IMG/VR virus record: IMGVR_UViG_3300031339_000004 | Location: 1-64,000 of that record | From: a virus | DNA length: 64,000 nt | Direction: 5' to 3' (one strand) | In this document: piece after piece, positions 57,942-64,000 of the stretch | Layout of the letters: every line of letters starts with the position of its first letter | Position numbering within the stretch: the first letter of the stretch is position 1 | Notes under the pieces: generated by a model | Told to the model about the DNA's origin: nothing | The model's database searches: none | Seen by the model: only the letters and a program-made list of their open reading frames with translations | Translations under genes and position numbers: made by a program

Positions 57942-58868
57942 ATGGCAAACGTTACAGCAGCAAGAGTAACAAACTTACACGAACGCATTAAACTAGTATT
58001 AGGAGAAGGCGCAGGACAGTTTGGTTACGGGCAACCGGTCGAAAGTGCTCCGGTAAGCAACCAGAACAACTTTATACTTGCTGAAGATATCAACAGTATA
58101 TATAGAGATATGATTAATGCAAGAGCACATCAAGTAGGAATTACTAGCACGATGATTGCTTTGCTAATAAAAGACAGAAATATTGTAGCTGAAGATGCTA
58201 GCTTTTTTGTTGATGACGACGGAGTAACAACGTCTGATGTAAATGGCTCGTTAAAAGGTATGGTTGACTACGAAAACCTAATGTCCGTAATTGAAACAGA
58301 AAAAGCTTTAATAGATGTACCGACTCAGGCTGAGCTAGAAACAGGTATTTCTGATCGACGAGAATCTCCGTGGAACGGGACAATAACACACGAAGTACAA
58401 GTAACATTTGCCGATGCTAATGAACGACGTTATTTTTTTAATACAGGCGGCGAAATTCGGTTTAGTGCCAATCTTACTAGTTCGTCGGGCAGCAAAGGAG
58501 CTGACTGGGTAAATTTATTATCGAATATGGGTACTGTAAAATTTAAAAGTAATAGCACAGTGACTACTGGTTCGGGCGCCGCGGCTGCCATTGGTAATTA
58601 TCAATTAACAGACAATTATCAAGGAATATACAGCAAGACTGGGTCAGGTATTTACTCTTCGAACATCTACACAATTCAAGCAACGCAACCTGAGGCAAAT
58701 CCTAACGTTATTCTATTCAAAATACAGTTTAACGACGCAGCTTTCGTAGGAAACATAGACGATAATGTCGACGGTAAATTAGAAAGCAGTGTTAATCAAC
58801 TACGAGCAAATAGCATTAATGTATCAGTTGCAGGTCCTAGTTTTTCCAATCAATCAACTCTTGCATAA
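57942..58868 (+). CDS. Virion structural protein (paralogue of 58914)
   Basis: A......I..VLG.G...GYGQ N-terminus, F.....RR.FFN.GGEIR motif. Confidence 0.6.
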   Translation: MANVTAARVTNLHERIKLVLGEGAGQFGYGQPVESAPVSNQNNFILAEDINSIYRDMINARAHQVGITSTMIALLIKDRNIVAEDASFFVDDDGVTTSDVNGSLKGMVDYENLMSVIETEKALIDVPTQAELETGISDRRESPWNGTITHEVQVTFADANERRYFFNTGGEIRFSANLTSSSGSKGADWVNLLSNMGTVKFKSNSTVTTGSGAAAAIGNYQLTDNYQGIYSKTGSGIYSSNIYTIQATQPEANPNVILFKIQFNDAAFVGNIDDNVDGKLESSVNQLRANSINVSVAGPSFSNQSTLA

Positions 58869-58913
58869 ATTTGTTTCTGATAGTATAATTATAACAATAC
58901 AAGAGACAATATT

Positions 58914-59930
58914 ATGGCAACCACGACACCAGTAACAGCAGCAAGATATAATGCCCTTAGAGATACAGTAAACCTAGTACTAGGAGTATCTTCTCCTTTA
59001 ACTCCTACGTACGGTTATGGCGACTTTATTTCTACTAGTGATGTAGTCGGCAACTTCGAAGACAATAACACAGACACCAATAAGATATCTGTACAAGAAT
59101 ACGAAGAGATATACTTTGACTTGATACGATCTCGTATTCATCAATTAGGTTCCGGCAACGTTACAATTTTACCTTATCCCGAAGGAGATATTAACAACAA
59201 TCCAGGCGCTGATATTATCGACGAGTCCTACATACAATTATTAGAAACTCTAGCAAGCAACGTTGAGACTGACAGGTTCAGTATTGATGCCGCATCACAA
59301 GCCAGTACTTCGTTAGTGTTCGATCAGTTTAGTAATTCGATTTCATCTGTTTACGATCAGTCTGTTAGAGGAACATGGGACGGACAGCTAATTCACATAT
59401 TTGATGTATCTTTTGAGAATGCTGCTGATAGAAGACACTTTTTTAACGCAGGAGGCGAAATTCGAGTAGATGCTGATGTGAACTATTCAGGTAGTCAAGC
59501 TAAATCAGTTGATTGGGCCAACAGGATGAACGACTTAGATGCTTATAGTATAGCAGGCAATCGCAGTTTTATTGGTAATACTACAGCATTCTATACCAAT
59601 AAAAACACCAGTGTTGGCAATTACTCCCTTACTGGATCCTATCAGCAATTGTACTTTTATGCATTTTCTAATGCTTACGTTAATAATTACTATACAATAC
59701 AAGCCCTGTCACTTAATGACACTACTGTAAGAGTTCGAGTGTTATTTGTTGACGGGGAAGCAGTGTCATCTCCTCCACCAGATACTCCTATTGACGAAGC
59801 AGTGTTTGGGGACTTTTCGAGCAACGTGTCAGTTCTAATTCCAGACGGTAGTGCTACTATCAATGGAGTAGTTACGGATACTGTGAGCTATGACGGTGCT
59901 ATAGTAGGAACTCTAATCTCTGGATTATAA
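58914..59930 (+). CDS. Virion structural protein (paralogue of 57942)
   Basis: Same RR.FFN.GGEIR and K..DW motifs. Confidence 0.6.
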   Translation: MATTTPVTAARYNALRDTVNLVLGVSSPLTPTYGYGDFISTSDVVGNFEDNNTDTNKISVQEYEEIYFDLIRSRIHQLGSGNVTILPYPEGDINNNPGADIIDESYIQLLETLASNVETDRFSIDAASQASTSLVFDQFSNSISSVYDQSVRGTWDGQLIHIFDVSFENAADRRHFFNAGGEIRVDADVNYSGSQAKSVDWANRMNDLDAYSIAGNRSFIGNTTAFYTNKNTSVGNYSLTGSYQQLYFYAFSNAYVNNYYTIQALSLNDTTVRVRVLFVDGEAVSSPPPDTPIDEAVFGDFSSNVSVLIPDGSATINGVVTDTVSYDGAIVGTLISGL

Positions 59931-59942
59931 CCAAAACTCTCC

Positions 59943-59971
59943 TTGACAAGAATGTTAAACTACTATATAAT
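59943..59971 (+). promoter_or_regulatory. Perfect sigma70 promoter TTGACA-N17-TATAAT
   Basis: Exact consensus upstream of an AGGAG SD. Confidence 0.85.
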
Positions 59972-59994
59972 TGTGTAACATATAGGAGATTTTG

Positions 59995-60354
59995 ATGGAC
60001 GAGCGACTAGAAAAAGCACTAGACTTTTCTAATTACATGGTTACGTTAAACAACCAGAAAAGACTACTTAAAGAAAACTATCATGAGGAATTGATGTACT
60101 TTTATAAAGGAAGTCAGTTTACTGTTTCGCGAGAGTTGATGACTTTTGTTAACATGTTAGTAGACAGAGAATACAACAAGGATGTCATTCTTGTTGACGA
60201 CAACGACACTCCTGCATTAATAGACGATCTTACTGATTTCTACGACAGTATTCTCGATGTATACTTTAGTGCATCAAACAGTTATCACACACAATACGAG
60301 CAACTAAAGAAAAACCGAAGTCCAGCAAAGTTGGTCAATTATGACAAAGACTAG
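59995..60354 (+). CDS. Hypothetical protein
   Basis: AGGAG SD; first gene behind the sigma70 promoter. Confidence 0.7.
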   Translation: MDERLEKALDFSNYMVTLNNQKRLLKENYHEELMYFYKGSQFTVSRELMTFVNMLVDREYNKDVILVDDNDTPALIDDLTDFYDSILDVYFSASNSYHTQYEQLKKNRSPAKLVNYDKD

Positions 60355-61192
60355 AGGTGTCCTGGTCTTTGCTAGAAACAACGGTCACATTGACTATGTC
60401 AAGCAGGCTGCTTTCTTAGCAGACAGAGTAAAATATTATTTAGATCTTCCTACAAGTATTGTAACAGACAGCCCCCGCTATCTCAACGATAACTTTCCTG
60501 ATACCTTTGATCACGTAATTTCACTAGAAAAATATAGTGATGAAAATAGTAGACTTTACTTTGACGGAGCAATGTCTCATGCTTCTGCTAGCTTCAACAA
60601 TAGACGGCGGGCAGATGCCTATGTCCTAAGTCCTTACTTAGAAACTTTGTTGTTAGACACTGATATTGTTATTTGTAATGACATATACAAAAATTGTTTT
60701 ACGTCGTCTTGTGACTTTTTAATATATAAAGAATCACACGACCTAGGAAACGTCCGAGATGTGTCGGAATTTGAATATATAAGCGATTGCGGCGTAGAGT
60801 TTTACTGGGCTACATGTATTTTCTTTAGAAAAAATGAGATCAACAGTACTTTCTTTGATCTAGTAAAGCATGTTCAAGATAATTGGACACACTATGTTAA
60901 AGTTTACCAACTCTCAACTACTATGTTCAGAAATGACTTTGCTTTTAGTATCGCTATACACATTATGAACGGCTTTCAGAAGGGTAATTTTACTGCGAGT
61001 ATGCCGGGAAAAATACTTTATGTCACAGATAAAGACATTCTTTGGCGACTACAAGACGACGAGATGATGTTTCTTGTTGAAAAGAAACATCGACTTGGAG
61101 AATATACCCCAATAAAAACACAAGGACAAACTGTCCATGTAATGAACAAGCTCAGTTTGAATAGAGCAATAGACAAGGTAACAAATGGATAA
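60341..61192 (+). CDS. Putative GT-A glycosyltransferase
   Basis: LSPY.ETLLLDTD (DxD motif); paralogous to the next gene. Confidence 0.6.
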   Translation: MTKTRGVLVFARNNGHIDYVKQAAFLADRVKYYLDLPTSIVTDSPRYLNDNFPDTFDHVISLEKYSDENSRLYFDGAMSHASASFNNRRRADAYVLSPYLETLLLDTDIVICNDIYKNCFTSSCDFLIYKESHDLGNVRDVSEFEYISDCGVEFYWATCIFFRKNEINSTFFDLVKHVQDNWTHYVKVYQLSTTMFRNDFAFSIAIHIMNGFQKGNFTASMPGKILYVTDKDILWRLQDDEMMFLVEKKHRLGEYTPIKTQGQTVHVMNKLSLNRAIDKVTNG

Positions 61193-62036
61193 TACCGGAA
61201 TAGTAGTACTTGCTCAAAATAACGCCAATGACGATTACGTACAGCAAGCTTGTCTTTTGGCAATGAGCGTTAGCGTGACAAATCCTTCTCTCCCTGTAAG
61301 CTTGGTTACTAACGACACAGTGCCGCAGGAGTATCAACCACTGTTTGATAAAATAATACCTATTCCGTTTGGCGACCATGCTGCTAATAAAGAATGGAAG
61401 GTAGAAAACCGCTGGAAGATATATCACTCTACACCTTACGAAAGAACTATTGTAATGGATACAGATATGTTGGTACTACAGGATATATCTAACTGGGTAA
61501 CTTTTCTTAACAACTACGATCTGTACTTTACTAGTGCGGTTCATACGTACAGAAACGAATTAGTAACCAGCAGTGTTTATAGAAAAACTTTTGTAATTAA
61601 CGATTTGCCAAATATATATAGTGGGTTTCATTATTTTAAGAAATGTGACTTTGCTCATGAGTTTTATAGATGGTTGGAATTTGTAACATACAATTGGGAG
61701 AAGTTTTATGAATTATATGCAAACAAGGACAGTAGTAGTCCACAGCATTACAGCGTAGACGTATGTGCAGCAATTGTTACAAAGATACTTGCCTGCGAAA
61801 GTAATATTACTAATAAGGTTGCTAAGTTCCCATGTTTCACTCACATGAAACCCCACGCACAGGACTGGAAAAGTGTACAGACAAGCTGGCAGGAATCTGT
61901 AGGAACTTATATTAACGATAACTGTGAGCTAAAGATAGGAAACTACTTGCAGACAGGCATATTTCACTATACTGAAAACAGCTTTGTGAAAGAAAACTCA
62001 GTACTTGACACGTATAGGAGATACCTAAATGTCTAA
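61185..62036 (+). CDS. Putative GT-A glycosyltransferase
   Basis: TPY.RTIVMDTDML (DxD motif), YSG.HYF, FTHMK, HY. Confidence 0.6.
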   Translation: MDNTGIVVLAQNNANDDYVQQACLLAMSVSVTNPSLPVSLVTNDTVPQEYQPLFDKIIPIPFGDHAANKEWKVENRWKIYHSTPYERTIVMDTDMLVLQDISNWVTFLNNYDLYFTSAVHTYRNELVTSSVYRKTFVINDLPNIYSGFHYFKKCDFAHEFYRWLEFVTYNWEKFYELYANKDSSSPQHYSVDVCAAIVTKILACESNITNKVAKFPCFTHMKPHAQDWKSVQTSWQESVGTYINDNCELKIGNYLQTGIFHYTENSFVKENSVLDTYRRYLNV

Positions 62037-62643
62037 TTTTACAGACCTAGTTAATCAAATGACAGTAGAAACTTCAAATAATATAAAAGGTTACGTTCAC
62101 TATGTACAAGAGACAGGGGAAATTGTTAAGATTGCTAATAGGCAATCTAAAGTAGAAGACTACGAGGTACTGGAAGTCGATTACAGCGAAGTAAAAGAGC
62201 TAAAGCTAGGAAAAAGACAATTTAGTGAGTTTTTTGTAGCATTCAACGCCACGTTAAAACGAATAGCTCTTAACGAAGTAGTACGTAAACATCAATCAGC
62301 AGACATCAGACAGCAATTGTATCAAATTCCAATTACTAACAAACCTGCTGATATAAAATTCGTTAAGGACATGCCCAACAACATTCTAAGATTATCAGCT
62401 AGCGAGAGTCTACGATTAGATAAAGTCTTACTGCATCAATGTGCCAAACTGAGTTTGAACTTTAGTATAACTGCAACCAACGACCCTAATATTTTGCATG
62501 AAAACTTTTCGGTTAACCTACAAGACCTTTTGACCAACGACTACCTAGACCTAACTGCGCTATTTCGTTATAATACCAAGTTAAAAAACATCAGCATATA
62601 TACAACTAAGTTTTTTGAAACATATTCAATAGAGGAAATTTAA
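62029..62643 (+). CDS. Hypothetical protein
   Basis: Overlap-coupled within the operon. Confidence 0.6.
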   Translation: MSNFTDLVNQMTVETSNNIKGYVHYVQETGEIVKIANRQSKVEDYEVLEVDYSEVKELKLGKRQFSEFFVAFNATLKRIALNEVVRKHQSADIRQQLYQIPITNKPADIKFVKDMPNNILRLSASESLRLDKVLLHQCAKLSLNFSITATNDPNILHENFSVNLQDLLTNDYLDLTALFRYNTKLKNISIYTTKFFETYSIEEI

Positions 62644-63545
62644 TGTCAAGCGTGATTAACGTAGTAGAGTGTGATATAATCTTCCTCTCTTACGACGAGC
62701 CAAACGCAGAGAAGAATTACGCAGACCTGTGTTCTAAGGTACCGTGGTCCAAGCGCGTACACGGTGTTAAAGGCAGTGACGCAGCCCATAAAGCGTGTGC
62801 AGCACTGTCAGAGACTGAGTATTTTGTTACTGTAGACGCTGACAACATTGTTGACCCAGCGTTCCTTCAAGTGCAAATAGATTTAGACAAGTTAGAACTG
62901 ACCCAAGATCACGTGTTTAGTTGGTGCGGCAAGATTTCAGTCAATGGATTAATGTACGGCAACGGCGGTCTCAAATTGTGGACCAAGAAGTTTGTTGAAA
63001 ACATGAGGACGCACGAAGCAGCAGAAGTAGATGACGCCGACGGCGCAGTTGATTTTTGTTTTGATCATAGATATTACCAGTTTAATGAAAACTACAGTAC
63101 TAGCTTCATTTGTTCTAGTCCTTTCCAGGCCTGGCGCGCTGGATTTCGTGAAGGTGTAAAAATGAGTCTTGATCAAGGAGTAAAGGCTAATAACATTAAA
63201 GACGTGTGGTGGCAGAACTATCAACGATTATTAATTTGGTGTAATGTGGGAGCAGATGTAAAAAACGGGCTCTGGAGTATGTTAGGGGCCCGCGAGGGAT
63301 GTTACCTAACAGCTTGCACTGACTGGGATCACAATCAGGTGAGAGATTTTGAGTACCTGACAAGTTTATGGAACGAAAAGTACAAAGGCATGACCGAGAC
63401 CTGCGTTGATGAAAAAATGCAAGAACTTGGCACGGTATTACGTGTCAACGCAGGTCTCGAAATTGCAGCCCTTGACTCAATGGGTTCGGCATTCTTTAAG
63501 CAAGTTTACGAGAACACTCCGCGAATTATTAGAAGGAGCGTATGA
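62643..63545 (+). CDS. Putative glycosyltransferase-like protein
   Basis: DIIFLSYDEPNA..NY, GV.G...AH, FVTVDADN (DxD), AWRAGFREG.KM. Confidence 0.55.
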   Translation: MSSVINVVECDIIFLSYDEPNAEKNYADLCSKVPWSKRVHGVKGSDAAHKACAALSETEYFVTVDADNIVDPAFLQVQIDLDKLELTQDHVFSWCGKISVNGLMYGNGGLKLWTKKFVENMRTHEAAEVDDADGAVDFCFDHRYYQFNENYSTSFICSSPFQAWRAGFREGVKMSLDQGVKANNIKDVWWQNYQRLLIWCNVGADVKNGLWSMLGAREGCYLTACTDWDHNQVRDFEYLTSLWNEKYKGMTETCVDEKMQELGTVLRVNAGLEIAALDSMGSAFFKQVYENTPRIIRRSV

Positions 63546-64000
63546 ATAAAAGAATTAATATACTAGTAACAAAGCACAAACACAAGTTACTGGCAGGATT
63601 GCCTCACAAGCATTCCAACTGGTCGCACAGTTTTGATATGAACAGATGGAATGCTCTTTATGATAAATTTGGCCTGTGCGATCACAAGACCCTAGATGAA
63701 ATTGTACCTGGAGAAAAATACATAATTTATATAAGTGTGTACAGAGATATACTTGATAAGGCTTACAACCCAATGTTTGCATTTCACAGAGATAGTCATC
63801 TAAAACTATCTAGATATCCAATGCCACTGCGTGTTAAGAAAGATAATAGAAAAGGACGAGTGCATTGGATAATTGACTTTTCTACCGAATGTGAGCAACT
63901 TAATGAACAATGGGGGACTGATACAGCAAAGTTATTGCAAACTCTTAATACAACCCCAGATAATGTCACTTTACTTACAGGGTCATCGTCGTTTGGAAGT
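63542..64000 (+). CDS. Hypothetical protein, truncated by window edge
   Basis: Not in the track; ATGA overlap, AAGGAG SD, frame open to 64000 (MNKRINILVTKHKHK...). Confidence 0.65.
   Translation, partial: MNKRINILVTKHKHKLLAGLPHKHSNWSHSFDMNRWNALYDKFGLCDHKTLDEIVPGEKYIIYISVYRDILDKAYNPMFAFHRDSHLKLSRYPMPLRVKKDNRKGRVHWIIDFSTECEQLNEQWGTDTAKLLQTLNTTPDNVTLLTGSSSFGS

Noticed and set aside
1-64000. Stop-codon reassignment; tRNA genes
   Set aside because: Core genes are full length in code 11 and TAA, TAG and TGA all terminate genes; no cloverleaf was recognised in the few intergenic gaps

Overview
The whole window is a fragment of a large T4-related (jumbo-type) myovirus genome in the standard genetic code. 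On the minus strand (1-17.2 kb) lie fibre-like virion proteins, the head module (gp23 capsid, gp22 scaffold, gp21 protease, an acidic core protein, gp20 portal) and a tape-measure-like gene. A divergent gp26-like gene is followed by a small ORF that can be reached by a perfect -1 slippery site. Next come a ~650 bp non-coding, hairpin-rich region downstream of a DenA-like GIY-YIG nuclease, and a gp55-gp47-gp46 block. The plus strand (25.8-60 kb) holds the baseplate/tail module: gp53, a hub protein, a lysozyme, gp5 with an M15 peptidase, gp25, gp6, a 4699-aa wedge protein, and fibre paralogues. A glycosyltransferase-like cluster behind a sigma70 promoter closes the window. The strongest discovery is that gp46 (Rad50/SbcC) is a fractured gene. 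It is split at the Walker A motif (GK|TT) by an atypically split intein (32-aa IntN, 124-aa IntC, Thr+1), with an out-of-frame Vsr-like endonuclease gene between the halves and a perfect TATAAATA late promoter inside the IntN coding sequence. Other strong leads are the candidate -1 frameshift at 18148-18154 and the candidate large structured RNA at ~19205-19600. All protein assignments come from motif recognition and synteny; no database searches were run.
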